A DNA stretch of 64,000 nucleotides, taken from the IMG/VR virus record IMGVR_UViG_3300008267_000012; one strand, written 5' to 3'. The notes beneath the pieces are model-generated. The model saw only the letters and a program-made list of their open reading frames with translations, did not search any database and was not told the origin of the DNA. Origin of the DNA: a virus (Duplodnaviria; Caudoviricetes). Both the position numbers and the translations under genes were made by a program. Shown one piece after another: positions 36,301-46,749 of this stretch; the first letter of the stretch is position 1, and every line of letters starts with the position of its first letter.

Positions 36301-36819
36301 ATCAAAACTAGGTTTAGAAGAACCCATTTCTGATTCAGGTAGTGCTACATATGTATCTTTTGCAGTTCTTAGTTTACCAATGTTAATATTGTCATTTCCA
36401 TCTCCTTGTAATAAACCACCAATATCATCTTTAGTAACAGTTAAACCACCAAAGCTTCTTTCATTTTTTCTATCAAAAACTTTATAACTTACACCTGTAA
36501 AATCTTTTCCTGAAAATTCTCTACCATCAGATGTTGTAACTTTAAAAGTTGATGTTACAACCTGATGTTTTTTAAATACATAAGATTTTATTTTACCATT
36601 TGGTCTTGGTAAATCAAAAACAAATTCTTCAGGTTCACTTCTATATAAAGTTGATAATGTTGTTCTATCTAAAGATAATTGTAAACCTTTTTGTTTAATC
36701 TTACTACTTTTAGGTGCATTGGGGAAGTTCCTCAAAAAATTAAATCTTTGAGGTTCTTCCTGTGCATATGATTTTAAAGTTAATAATGTTAATAATAAAT
36801 ACAGATATATTTTTTTCAT
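33370..36819 (-). CDS. Secreted metzincin: prodomain, M12B-like protease, Ig, jelly-roll-like module, 3 VDSxN repeats, shared C-terminal domain
   Basis: Signal peptide; HEMGHNFGSKH (35728-35760), IMSYC; C-terminal domain 33370-33756. Confidence 0.88.
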   Translation of the reverse strand: MKKIYLYLLLTLLTLKSYAQEEPQRFNFLRNFPNAPKSSKIKQKGLQLSLDRTTLSTLYRSEPEEFVFDLPRPNGKIKSYVFKKHQVVTSTFKVTTSDGREFSGKDFTGVSYKVFDRKNERSFGGLTVTKDDIGGLLQGDGNDNINIGKLRTAKDTYVALPESEMGSSKPSFDCTTPDPPLNVDENQWLREVQPQIGNTPTPEVGEAVGGSGCKTIGIYVECDYRMYQENGLSVANTTAKVTSLFNLVKQIYENEGISIYVDQVYIWTTPDPYASISPISSLAILNNFTTRRQNITQKLGHLLGTNFGFLGGIAWIDVVCNPLYYNNRFGYSNIYNTFNNNINTYSWSVYVVAHEMGHNFGSKHTHWCGWPKAGGGTGRIDSCYAGEGGCGTLVKPIKGTIMSYCHTASTGVDLMKGFGPLPGDKIRTGSSCLPGNAIPYIKVTTPRRFYSAGEILPLRTTTVGGATYSWTGPNSFTSSSQSPNINSLTSSNSGLYSVTATQTGCLSNAAKIRIRVNPLLNIPQTETFSTWTAANYPNWEFKGPQSLSDLNTNYNGALVQSFWQNSKSFLLTTYNALYHTFAITSTNNPSPAFLQDTAFSPVYTNNNLSSLNLNFKVAHALGLSSSPRYDSLEILAYFSGKTIPVRIYKKGGTTLRTVTNLYTSTSPYKPASITSSDWRTETVDLSSYDTCKNVQFAFVFKPTQLTTIPSNNLFINTITVDGTDSPTALKTPTISVDSANNLDKNYTLTTTIPSTHNATSYQVLQGTTVIASGNLANNNATTITTARTNVTNGTYTHTANLSNGSQTKTSSPVTVNVSFNVTPILTGTLSVDSTSNKDPNYVLSFAIPQNHNATSYQILQGTTVIGSGNLANNNSITITLSRLGISNGTYTHTAKLLNSSKTPNNTTSNSVAVAVNYNPVISLAVPTVTADTLVNLDKNYIITFNTPSNHNATSYEIKEGSTIVKSSPLTNNNSFTTTLSVTNKANGTYSYTGVLKNGIYNSISLPINVIVNYNPSVPTSACTTTSITAIDRRRTNFTYSFNLSNSCSSTGYKVLFYNGNSANGFLASDSTLSQTQASKLIWQPTGGSVRNAGQSNGNITFTTSELNSSTFLRVASPLPSYSNRWYRVDVVCTSCTQTVKTKTAYFFVK

Positions 36820-36823
36820 ATAA

Positions 36824-39244
36824 TTAATTTGTTACATAGAAATAAGCGACTCTCTTTTTGTTTGTTTGAGAACAAGTAGTACAAACTATTTCAACTTTAT
36901 ACCATCTATTTCCAAGAACAGGTAATGGACTTGCAACTCTGTTAAATACTTTAGAAGTAAGTTCAGCATTTGTGAATTTTATATTTCCATTTGGAAATCC
37001 AACATTTCTAGGGCCACCACCTTCAGGTTTCCAAGTTAATCTATTTATTTGTGTTTGTGTTAGACTTGAATTGCTTGCTGAAACTCCTGTTACATTTTGT
37101 CCACTATAAAATAATGCTTTATAACTTGTTGTAGGACAATTTGGGTTTAAAGTAAATGAATATCTAAAACTACTTTTACTAGTATTTGGTGATGTAAGTG
37201 TACTAGTTGTACAAGCTTTAGCATCAACAACAGGTGCAGGAACATAAGTACTTGTAAAATTTATATTACTTTTTACAATTTGTGTTGTCTTATTAAATAC
37301 TCTAACAGAATATGTATATGTACCAGCTGTCTTGTTTTTAAATTTTAAACTAGTAGATGTTCTATTTTCTGGATTTAATAATCCCGAACCTATTAATCTA
37401 CCATTTTCACTAACTTCATATTGTGTTGCTTTATGTCTAGTTGGTAACGGTATTGTTAATGTATATGTACCTGTAGATGGTGAAGGATTATTAATAACAG
37501 GATTAAAATCTGTTATTGGGGTTGTAAATGTATCAACTAATACAGGTAATGTATCTGTACTAACCAAATTTAATCTGTTTTTATCAAAAATACTGAAAAT
37601 ACCATCTTGTGTATTACCTATTGATACTGTATGTTTATGAATACCATTGCTTGCTCTCCTTATAGTATATTCAATCATTTTAAAACCGCCTACAATATCT
37701 GATATTACTAATTGTGTATCTGATTGTGATTCTAAAAAAATACTGTTTTTAATTAATTTTTTACCATCATAAAATAATATTACATCACTATTATGGTCTG
37801 GTGGTAAAAATACTCTTAATTTATATGTCCTATCTTTATTTCTTGTTGAGTCAACATCAAGTCTTGGAACTCCTACAGGTGGATACGGAAAATCTGTGTA
37901 CACCGTTACATTTTGATAACCATCTTTAATATATCCATTTTTTAAAAGTAATTTAACACCATAAATAACTTTACCATTAAGTGTACTATCTCTCATTATA
38001 GTTACTGTTGTATCATTATATTCTATACGAGTAGGATTGTATGTTATACTATCATAAATAATACTATCTAATTTTATCGTTTCTATAAGTATATCGGCAG
38101 ATGATGTTTTTGCATATACAAATGCTAAAGATGAATTGTGATTATTTGGTATATTTACTGTTAAAGTATGTGTTCTATCATAATTATGTACGCTATCAAC
38201 TGTTATTGAAGGTGGGCTTTGAGGGTCTAAGGTGTCAATCATATAGTTAATAGCAAATTTATCTATTATTGTCAGACTTGAGTTACTAACTCTATAATTT
38301 ATCCCAGGAAAAGGCTTCAATATTATCATAACTTTTATCGTATTAGCTGTATCATATGGACTTAAATCAAAACTAAACCTTTTCCAATCGTATGATTTAT
38401 TTGATGTTGGGTAACGAAGTCTAGTTGTATCTAAATATTCACTAGTACTTAACTGTAACCCACCTCTTTTCCATAATTCAACAGGTGTTTGATTATTTCC
38501 AATTAAAGCTTTTACAATCAAAGTATCATACTCACTATCTGTAGAATCTGCTAAATAATGGACATAATTAAAATGAAGAGTTAATTTTCTATCATTACTT
38601 GATGTGTCAGGTATTGAAAAAACATTAGATATTATACTATCAGGATATGAATATATTGATGTGTCAGGAGAGTGATAAACAGCATTGTATGGTAAACCAC
38701 CATCAAGATAATATCTTAAACTATTCCAAAGACTTTTAATATTTTTACCTGCTAAAACAGAACTATCACTAGGTCTATAAACACCTTTAAATTCCCAATT
38801 AGGATAGTTACCATTATGTTCCATTTCTTCAAAACTTTCATAAAATGGAACACTCAAACCTGATGTTACTGTAATATGTATTGAATCAAGTGTTGTTGGG
38901 CAACCACTTTGTCTAAATCTAACATAATACCATCCTGAATCTGCTAATGTTAAATTATTTCTTACAGAAAAAGTATTTTCTTCAACACCAAAATCACCAG
39001 CAAAATCTTCTAATGATGTTGTATCTCCATTTGGATATATAAAGTTATAATACAAAAGATTTAGACCATCGGTTGAACCTTCACTAACAAATCTAAATAC
39101 TGATAATGTTAAATTAGAACCAACAGGGTATGAAGTTTGTGTTGTTACAATAGAAGGTTGAGAACAAAATGTCTCTAATTGTCCAAAAGATAAATTTGGT
39201 AACAAAAGTATTAAACTTGTGAGTATGTAAAGTATTTTTTTCAT
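36824..39244 (-). CDS. Secreted paralogue lacking the protease domain
   Basis: Start reset to MKKILYIL (806 aa); Ig, NYPNWEFKG module, VDSxN repeats, C-terminal domain 36824-37213. Confidence 0.85.
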   Translation of the reverse strand: MKKILYILTSLILLLPNLSFGQLETFCSQPSIVTTQTSYPVGSNLTLSVFRFVSEGSTDGLNLLYYNFIYPNGDTTSLEDFAGDFGVEENTFSVRNNLTLADSGWYYVRFRQSGCPTTLDSIHITVTSGLSVPFYESFEEMEHNGNYPNWEFKGVYRPSDSSVLAGKNIKSLWNSLRYYLDGGLPYNAVYHSPDTSIYSYPDSIISNVFSIPDTSSNDRKLTLHFNYVHYLADSTDSEYDTLIVKALIGNNQTPVELWKRGGLQLSTSEYLDTTRLRYPTSNKSYDWKRFSFDLSPYDTANTIKVMIILKPFPGINYRVSNSSLTIIDKFAINYMIDTLDPQSPPSITVDSVHNYDRTHTLTVNIPNNHNSSLAFVYAKTSSADILIETIKLDSIIYDSITYNPTRIEYNDTTVTIMRDSTLNGKVIYGVKLLLKNGYIKDGYQNVTVYTDFPYPPVGVPRLDVDSTRNKDRTYKLRVFLPPDHNSDVILFYDGKKLIKNSIFLESQSDTQLVISDIVGGFKMIEYTIRRASNGIHKHTVSIGNTQDGIFSIFDKNRLNLVSTDTLPVLVDTFTTPITDFNPVINNPSPSTGTYTLTIPLPTRHKATQYEVSENGRLIGSGLLNPENRTSTSLKFKNKTAGTYTYSVRVFNKTTQIVKSNINFTSTYVPAPVVDAKACTTSTLTSPNTSKSSFRYSFTLNPNCPTTSYKALFYSGQNVTGVSASNSSLTQTQINRLTWKPEGGGPRNVGFPNGNIKFTNAELTSKVFNRVASPLPVLGNRWYKVEIVCTTCSQTNKKRVAYFYVTN

Positions 39245-39251
39245 AGTTTTA

Positions 39252-42200
39252 TTATTCATTAAAGTAGTAATATATTGATTTAATGTTTTGAGATGTAGAA
39301 CCGCTAGGACAAGCTGTACAAATAACATCAATTCTATACCAATTATTTAAAGTCGTTGGTTTAGGGGTTAATCTACTGAACATTTTATTTAGTCGTTCTT
39401 GTTGTGTAAATCTTATTGTTCCATCAGGAATCTCATCATTTTGGAATCTTGCAATTGGTGTAGGGTTTACTGTTAATTTTTTAACATAGAAATCTTCAAG
39501 ATATTCATTATTTGCATAAATTGTAGTTGCGACTTCATTACCATTACTATCAACACTAGTTGATGTTGAATTTTCTAATTTATATAATAAAACTCTATAT
39601 TTCGTTAAAGGACAAGAGGATAATAAATCAAAATTTAAAATATCTGTAAATGGTTCTATATTAAAATTATTAAGTGGAATACATGGTCTAGGATTTAATT
39701 TAACTTGTACAAAATTTGAATTTTGAAGAGGATATGAAACATTATTTGCAGCACTATATGCTCTTAAAATATATGAATACGCACCTGGGTTAGGTTTTTT
39801 ATCTTTTATTGAATCAACCTGTAAAAAACAATTATATTGTTGTGTAATCTGTACTCTTTTCTTGAAAACAAAAGGATTAGAAGTATTTGATTGATTTTTT
39901 TCATAAACATCCACGAAATCTATATTATTTAATTCATCAGGTTTAGGAGAATTAACTTCAATATATAAATTATAATTACCATAATTAAAATCAGATACAT
40001 CACTTAATTGTGGTATTTGTCCGTTTGGTGTTAAAGAATCTGAATTTCTAACATATAATTTAATAACTCCAAGAGGTACGGTACATGTTCTACAAATAGC
40101 TACACTAGTTGGTTCAGTAAATTCAACAGTAGGATTGTCAAGAATACTACTATATCTAAGACGATATAAATGTAAACCATCTGGTATATTTGTAAGATTG
40201 AAATTATAAGAACATGTTACGTTATAATTATAAAATTTAACATTAGTTGGCATTGCAGGTGTACAATTTGTATATGTTAAGGTTTGTCCTACATTTTGCC
40301 ATGTAGTATCAGATTCTCCTGTAGGTGTTGTTACAATTGTACCTTTTTGTAATACGAAATTCTGAATATTTGACTTAGCAAAAAATGTAGTTTTTAATGA
40401 AAGATTACCATCAAAATTAAAAGCACTATCAGGAAAAAATATTGGTTTTCTTTTAGGTAACCTTTTTTGATATGTTGTAACACTTGTTGTTATTGTTTGT
40501 GGTTCTGTTTCATTAAAAATATTACCATTTATATTTGCTGTATTTAGATTTTCTAAAACAGCCTCTAAATTATATTGATTTCCAGGTGTTGTTTGAAAAG
40601 ACCCTTCTGCAAGTATAGGACCTACAAATGTACCATCCGCTTTTTTAATTTCATTATCATCTATACTATATGTTTGTTCTGTAATACCTGTCTTTAATAA
40701 TTGTCTAGTATTATCTGGTCTAATTAAATTAATTGTATATCTATAAACATTATTTGGTATTGGTGAAGTTAATTTCCAATTACCTACTCTATCTTCAGGG
40801 TCAACATTTGGATTCAAAGGTATAGTATCATTTACAGCATTAGTAATTTCAAGTGTTGGGTCTCCTCCTTCACATAATTCTAATGGAATATTTCTTCCAC
40901 TTAATATTTCCATAGAACCTAAAACTAATGAACTAGCATATAAACTAGAAGAAATATTTTTATAAACAATATCAAATTGTAAACTTCTACAATCATCAAA
41001 ATTTCTTATATCTAATTTTATATCAGACCAATCAACTGTATTTTTATAATATCTATTATTGATAGGACTTCTTAAATATTCTGCCATAGGCTTATGGTAT
41101 ATTTTAATGGGTTCTATTTCTCCTGTGTATACATTTTTTGTATATCCAGGAAACCACGCTACTGTTCCTATTGGCATTGGTACGCTATCAAATTCAATAG
41201 GTGAGTTAAAATAATGGTTTAATACATAACCTGGTCTTATTAATCTTTGTGTATTAAAATAACCAGGTGTTAATTCACCATTATTAGTTAATGTATAATT
41301 ACCACTACCAGTGCCTTCAAATTGTTCCGCAGGGTCACCAAATCTATGAAATTTAAAATGAGTTTTATTTTTATATGATGACATATCTTTTAGATTTCCT
41401 TCAAAAACTAAACTTCTCCTTAATGTACCATTTTCAGTTACACCTCTTGCCCATATTTCTATCTTATCTGCACCAAAATTTTGACCTGCTCTTATATTAG
41501 CACTCCATCTCATGCTCTGCGCTCCTGTTGGTGCATAATAATAAACAATACCTGTATCGGGTACAGTAAAATATGAATAACTTAATTTAAACCTTAAATA
41601 GTTATTTTGATTGTCATCATTAAAATATAAAGGTGAACGTGCTGTATCTGATGTACCTTTTCTAAAATTTGTTAAACTAGCCCAATCAGGTAAGGATTTT
41701 AGATTTCCAAATTCATTATTAAGATAATCAGTAGCTTTATAATTACGCTTACGAGTTTCACCCCAATAATCATCTCTTATAGCCTGTTCATTATCAAATT
41801 GTACATCATTTGTTCCCCATAAATAACTTAAAGTCCAAAAATCATAAGTTTTATCAATTCTAGTTATTGGGTCATACCAATTAATATTAAAAGGAGGTGT
41901 TTGAATTATTGGTCTTAATCTATACCATTCACTACCTTCTGAAAAAATACCAGGAAAAACTCTATTTGCTCTAGTTCTATTTATCCATATATAATCTCTT
42001 TCATGAAACCAACTAGAAGAATGCGCCCATGCTTCTGGACCTTGTCCAAGCCATGTATTTGAAGCATCGTTTTGCCATGTTTCATTATACCCATAAGTAC
42101 TTCTAGCACCTAAATCAATAATTTTGTTAGTTGCAAATAATCTATCTCTACCATAAAAATATTTTATTGGTGACTTAGCATTTGATGGTAATCTTCCACC

Positions 42201-45200
42201 ACCTATATTTACAACACTAAATGTTTCATCATCATTATTTTCGTAAGTAATACCACTTGTAAAAACATTTGGTCTATAATATTCATAAATATTAAATGCC
42301 CAATTTTTCCAAGGTTTTTCTCTATAAGCATAGGCTTTATACATAGGTCTGTGTTCGTTTTTGAAAAATACACCACCACCATCATATGCCCCTAATCCAT
42401 AATTATATGTTTTATCAAATCTTGGGTCAGCTAATGCAGGGTCACCTACTGTATATTGTTCTTTTGCTTTTTCAGAACTTCTTATTGGGAAATAAAATAA
42501 TGTATTATAACTTGACCAATTATCTACATAAGTTGCATATTGGAATGGAGTATAATTAAAAAAATCAGGGCTAAATCCTTGTGCAAAACGAGAACTTACA
42601 TATGCATTTCTGTGAAAAACTGGGTGTTCATTATTTGCCACTCTTCCTGAGTAAAATGGGTCTAATGATGTTGATAAGTTACCCATACTCCATCCTGTAT
42701 TACTAAAACGAGATGGTGACCAAGGTTTCATACCTCTATTATAATATCCTGCTGTATACGTTGATGCTTCATTAAAAGCATTGCCTTCACCTGTTGACCA
42801 AGGACCAATAAATTCCCAATTCTTCATTCCAAAGGCTCTATTACCATATAAATTTTTAGTATTTAAATTAAATTGGTCATATTTAATTCGTGAAGTACCA
42901 CCTTTTAATGTAAAAGCACCAACTGAAAAACCAAATGGTGTATATGGTGTAAATGAAGCACCACTAGATGGACTAATTTTTTCTATAAAACTAAGCCTTA
43001 CAGGTGTTTCTTTTCTAGGATATACTCTAATATATTTTATAGCAGTATTTGAAATACAACCACTAGTATCTGTTAGTCTTAAAGATATTGGATAAATTCG
43101 CATTAAACTATCCTGATTACTATTATTAGGTATAAATATTCTAGCCCTAGATTTATTTCTAGCCCTAGGAATACCTGCTAATCCTGTAATTGGAAAATTT
43201 CCGTTTGCATTGGTTAAAGAAGCACTATTAAAACTCCATACATAACCAGTACTATCAAATCTAGAACCGCCAGGTCTATCCAAAGCTTCATAGCGTGATT
43301 GGACTTTCATTTGTTTTCCATACCAATTATCAAGATTTGTAAAATTATCTGATTCGTTAATTTGTTCTTCTGTTGTTAGACTATTATTTTTTATAACCAT
43401 TAATCCTTCATTTACAACATTATTTTCAATACCAGGATAATCGGCAGCTAAAACATTATTTCTTGCAAATATTGTATCACCTGCAAATTGATATTCAATG
43501 GCAGGTGATAATATATTTCTTTTATGCCATAAACTAACAGTTGCGTATGGATTAGGTCTTCCTCTAATCAAACCATTACCTCTAACACAATTTGGGTCTG
43601 TTGTACAATTACAATTATTTATATTTGGTCCATGTCCACTAATTTCTTCGCCCATCAGATTTAATCTAATTAAATCACCTGTTTTTTTATCAAATCCTTT
43701 TGAAAATGATACTAAATCAACAGGACACATATTATCTATTAATTGTAAATTCCACATTGAATATCTTGCATCCCAGTTTTGCCAACCAATTTTTAAATCA
43801 CCCTTTTTATCCCAATCATCTTCATCATAATTATTGTCTCCTGATGAATTTGTAGATTGTATATGTTTTCTATATATATAAGGCCATTGATAACCTACAA
43901 CTGGTGGTACTAAATCTTCTCTACTCCAACCGAAAGATGAACCTTGTGTTACCATTGTTGCTGCAATATATACTGCTAAAACAACCCATGTAACTGTCAT
44001 TGTTGTACCATTATGCCATAAGTTTTTATCATCGTCATTACCAAACCAATGTGCATAACCATTCCACCACCAATTTTCACCATTACCTCTTACTGTATGT
44101 TTAGATGCAAATTTTATTCTAAGTGGAACAAAAATACCTGCTGTTATTAAGGCATTACCTAAATTACCCCATACTAAATCCATAATATCAGTAGGTTCTG
44201 ATACGCCAGTTGCAAAACTAGGATACAAATAAGTTTGATACCAATGTCTAAGCCATGACGTATTTCCAGGTACATTTTTTTCAGATGGCGCTCTTTCACT
44301 TATATGCGGTGTACCTTCAGGACCTGAATTAGGAGAATAAGTATAATTATCAGCATCATAATTATTATTTCTTGCTAATGGTGCTAAAATTGTATTTCTA
44401 TTTGTTGTTGTCGTAAAATATCTTGGACCTAATTTTATTGCAATGTGATGAACTAACATCCAAACATTCCATTTGTCAATATTATATGCAAGATGATTTG
44501 AATTTCCAAATTGACCTGTTGTACCATAAAGTTCTTGAACATCTTGATAATTCCATTGTAAAACAGTATCAGTAGCTATTTCATCACCATCATATATGAT
44601 TTTATGCATAGGATATTGTTTGTAATTTATAGCATCACCATTTTTCCAATCTCCATTATTTGTTAATACATCAAAATATTTTGTATTGACATTTTCTAAA
44701 TCATAGGTATAATACCACATATTACCTAACAATGGTATTATTCCAGTTCTATCAGGTATAGTTTCAAATTTTGTATTATTAGGTAACCCATATATTTTAG
44801 TAGGATAAGAAATATATGGATGTGATACACCAATTGATTGTAGATGTGCGCCAACCTCATCAAATCCATTTACTTTAATATTTTGATATGAAACAGGCAT
44901 TTTTTTAGACAAATCATAATAATATACAAATGGGTCAATATTACCGAATAAAGTAGAATTATAACTTGATGGATTTGGTAAATTTAAAACATTATCATCT
45001 GATATATCTTTAGGTGCTACAAGCATTGGTAAATAATTGTTATGATTAAATGTGCCTGGAGGTATATTATAATTTCCCCAACGCATGTTCATACTCCAAC
45101 CAGTAAAATTATTTCCATTCCAATCATTGCTTTCGTTTGCAAAATTTTGACCACTATATTTTATTATATTTGCTCTTGCATTTTCATTCCTAATGAATTC

Positions 45201-46727
45201 TTTCCAACTCATAGCAGGATTTTCATTTGTCGTTGCAGGTGTAATATCACCAATATAAAACCAAAAACCATCATAAAAATCACTTAAACTTTGACCATAT
45301 GTTGGTCCATAAAGTCCAGGACCAATTTGTTGTCTTATTCTTATAAAAGGTGTTGTTGAAAAATAATTAGCATTTGTTAGTTTTTCAAATGTTTTACCAG
45401 TCCATCTATCATTATATAATGTAAAAGCAGTATCATTGTCAGCGACTGATTTTATATAATCATTAAAAACATCAAAAAGTCCATGTAAACCCCAACGTAC
45501 ACCTGATGTATTTGTTCTACCACATGACCAAAGATTTATATTACTATAATTACCACCATTATAAAAGTCATTATCATCTTTTGGTATATCTTTAAAAGCA
45601 CCATCATCCGCTTCACTATATGGTGATTGCCAACCTTTCCATTCTCTATTACCTCGTAAATATTGATTTTTAAAATGTTTAATATCATAAACCACTTCAC
45701 TAGTGGCATTATCTAAAGCACCTTGTTCGGGTGTAAAATCTTTTTGATAAGTTTCTAAAGGTTCTGTTTCAACAACTATTTTACCTAATTGAACATTAAT
45801 TCCTTCATTTTTAAAAATATTTACTACTTGTGTAAAATAATTTGTTAATTTTTGTGTAACTTGAGTTACCGCTGTTTGATTATAACTCTTTTTAATAGAA
45901 CCTTCTTTTAATGTTAATTTTCCATTTTCAATAATAAATGTTGGTGTTTGCCATTTTAAATACATTTCATAACTTATCATGTAATTTACTAAAATTACTT
46001 GACATCTAGTATATACTAAAGGTTCACAATCATGATTACTTGGTGGTGGGGCTGGGGCAGGTGCTAATAATTCATCATTTTTAAATTGTTTAAAAGTTTG
46101 TTGACTTTCTTTTTCGTTTTTAATATCAAAATCTTTTACTTCTTTCATTGCCGATATATCAGATTTTGTAAGTATTTTTTCATTTTTAATTTTATCAATC
46201 TTTGAAATAATATCTTTTATATTTTTAAAATCTTCTGTGCTTTTATCATTTATCTGATTTTTTGATATGTGTGTAATTTTAGTATTAAATTCTTTTTCTA
46301 TTTTAATTTCTTCACCATTAACTCGTAAATTAATATAAACATTATTTGGATATATTGTCATTGTACCCATATTAATATTATTAAAATCATTTATATTATA
46401 TGAAAGACCATTATATAATTTTGTGGTAAAAAAATGTCCACTAGTTGTATAAGTCATTCCAAGATTATCTTCTCCACGAATATCTAATCTTTCTAACTCA
46501 AACTTTTCGGTAGTGTTTAAATATGGAATTTCCATTTCAACAATAGCATTTTTAGGTTCTGAGCTAAAAATCTCCATTAAATTATCTTTATTAACAGTAA
46601 AATGTTTTTCAGGTGATTTCCTTTCAACAATTTTATAAGGTTTTCCTAATGAATTATTTATTGCACCTAAAGATTTGAATATTAATGTATTCAATAAAAT
46701 TAGTGAGAAAAGTAATATTTTTTTCAT
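39252..46727 (-). CDS. Giant secreted pseudo-metalloprotease (2491 aa) with the shared C-terminal domain
   Basis: Signal peptide; aligns to the prodomain and protease of 33370, but the Zn motif reads HHIAIKLG; C-terminal domain 39252-39683. Confidence 0.8.
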   Translation of the reverse strand: MKKILLFSLILLNTLIFKSLGAINNSLGKPYKIVERKSPEKHFTVNKDNLMEIFSSEPKNAIVEMEIPYLNTTEKFELERLDIRGEDNLGMTYTTSGHFFTTKLYNGLSYNINDFNNINMGTMTIYPNNVYINLRVNGEEIKIEKEFNTKITHISKNQINDKSTEDFKNIKDIISKIDKIKNEKILTKSDISAMKEVKDFDIKNEKESQQTFKQFKNDELLAPAPAPPPSNHDCEPLVYTRCQVILVNYMISYEMYLKWQTPTFIIENGKLTLKEGSIKKSYNQTAVTQVTQKLTNYFTQVVNIFKNEGINVQLGKIVVETEPLETYQKDFTPEQGALDNATSEVVYDIKHFKNQYLRGNREWKGWQSPYSEADDGAFKDIPKDDNDFYNGGNYSNINLWSCGRTNTSGVRWGLHGLFDVFNDYIKSVADNDTAFTLYNDRWTGKTFEKLTNANYFSTTPFIRIRQQIGPGLYGPTYGQSLSDFYDGFWFYIGDITPATTNENPAMSWKEFIRNENARANIIKYSGQNFANESNDWNGNNFTGWSMNMRWGNYNIPPGTFNHNNYLPMLVAPKDISDDNVLNLPNPSSYNSTLFGNIDPFVYYYDLSKKMPVSYQNIKVNGFDEVGAHLQSIGVSHPYISYPTKIYGLPNNTKFETIPDRTGIIPLLGNMWYYTYDLENVNTKYFDVLTNNGDWKNGDAINYKQYPMHKIIYDGDEIATDTVLQWNYQDVQELYGTTGQFGNSNHLAYNIDKWNVWMLVHHIAIKLGPRYFTTTTNRNTILAPLARNNNYDADNYTYSPNSGPEGTPHISERAPSEKNVPGNTSWLRHWYQTYLYPSFATGVSEPTDIMDLVWGNLGNALITAGIFVPLRIKFASKHTVRGNGENWWWNGYAHWFGNDDDKNLWHNGTTMTVTWVVLAVYIAATMVTQGSSFGWSREDLVPPVVGYQWPYIYRKHIQSTNSSGDNNYDEDDWDKKGDLKIGWQNWDARYSMWNLQLIDNMCPVDLVSFSKGFDKKTGDLIRLNLMGEEISGHGPNINNCNCTTDPNCVRGNGLIRGRPNPYATVSLWHKRNILSPAIEYQFAGDTIFARNNVLAADYPGIENNVVNEGLMVIKNNSLTTEEQINESDNFTNLDNWYGKQMKVQSRYEALDRPGGSRFDSTGYVWSFNSASLTNANGNFPITGLAGIPRARNKSRARIFIPNNSNQDSLMRIYPISLRLTDTSGCISNTAIKYIRVYPRKETPVRLSFIEKISPSSGASFTPYTPFGFSVGAFTLKGGTSRIKYDQFNLNTKNLYGNRAFGMKNWEFIGPWSTGEGNAFNEASTYTAGYYNRGMKPWSPSRFSNTGWSMGNLSTSLDPFYSGRVANNEHPVFHRNAYVSSRFAQGFSPDFFNYTPFQYATYVDNWSSYNTLFYFPIRSSEKAKEQYTVGDPALADPRFDKTYNYGLGAYDGGGVFFKNEHRPMYKAYAYREKPWKNWAFNIYEYYRPNVFTSGITYENNDDETFSVVNIGGGRLPSNAKSPIKYFYGRDRLFATNKIIDLGARSTYGYNETWQNDASNTWLGQGPEAWAHSSSWFHERDYIWINRTRANRVFPGIFSEGSEWYRLRPIIQTPPFNINWYDPITRIDKTYDFWTLSYLWGTNDVQFDNEQAIRDDYWGETRKRNYKATDYLNNEFGNLKSLPDWASLTNFRKGTSDTARSPLYFNDDNQNNYLRFKLSYSYFTVPDTGIVYYYAPTGAQSMRWSANIRAGQNFGADKIEIWARGVTENGTLRRSLVFEGNLKDMSSYKNKTHFKFHRFGDPAEQFEGTGSGNYTLTNNGELTPGYFNTQRLIRPGYVLNHYFNSPIEFDSVPMPIGTVAWFPGYTKNVYTGEIEPIKIYHKPMAEYLRSPINNRYYKNTVDWSDIKLDIRNFDDCRSLQFDIVYKNISSSLYASSLVLGSMEILSGRNIPLELCEGGDPTLEITNAVNDTIPLNPNVDPEDRVGNWKLTSPIPNNVYRYTINLIRPDNTRQLLKTGITEQTYSIDDNEIKKADGTFVGPILAEGSFQTTPGNQYNLEAVLENLNTANINGNIFNETEPQTITTSVTTYQKRLPKRKPIFFPDSAFNFDGNLSLKTTFFAKSNIQNFVLQKGTIVTTPTGESDTTWQNVGQTLTYTNCTPAMPTNVKFYNYNVTCSYNFNLTNIPDGLHLYRLRYSSILDNPTVEFTEPTSVAICRTCTVPLGVIKLYVRNSDSLTPNGQIPQLSDVSDFNYGNYNLYIEVNSPKPDELNNIDFVDVYEKNQSNTSNPFVFKKRVQITQQYNCFLQVDSIKDKKPNPGAYSYILRAYSAANNVSYPLQNSNFVQVKLNPRPCIPLNNFNIEPFTDILNFDLLSSCPLTKYRVLLYKLENSTSTSVDSNGNEVATTIYANNEYLEDFYVKKLTVNPTPIARFQNDEIPDGTIRFTQQERLNKMFSRLTPKPTTLNNWYRIDVICTACPSGSTSQNIKSIYYYFNE

Positions 46728-46749
46728 GTTTTTTTATTTTTAAATAGGT

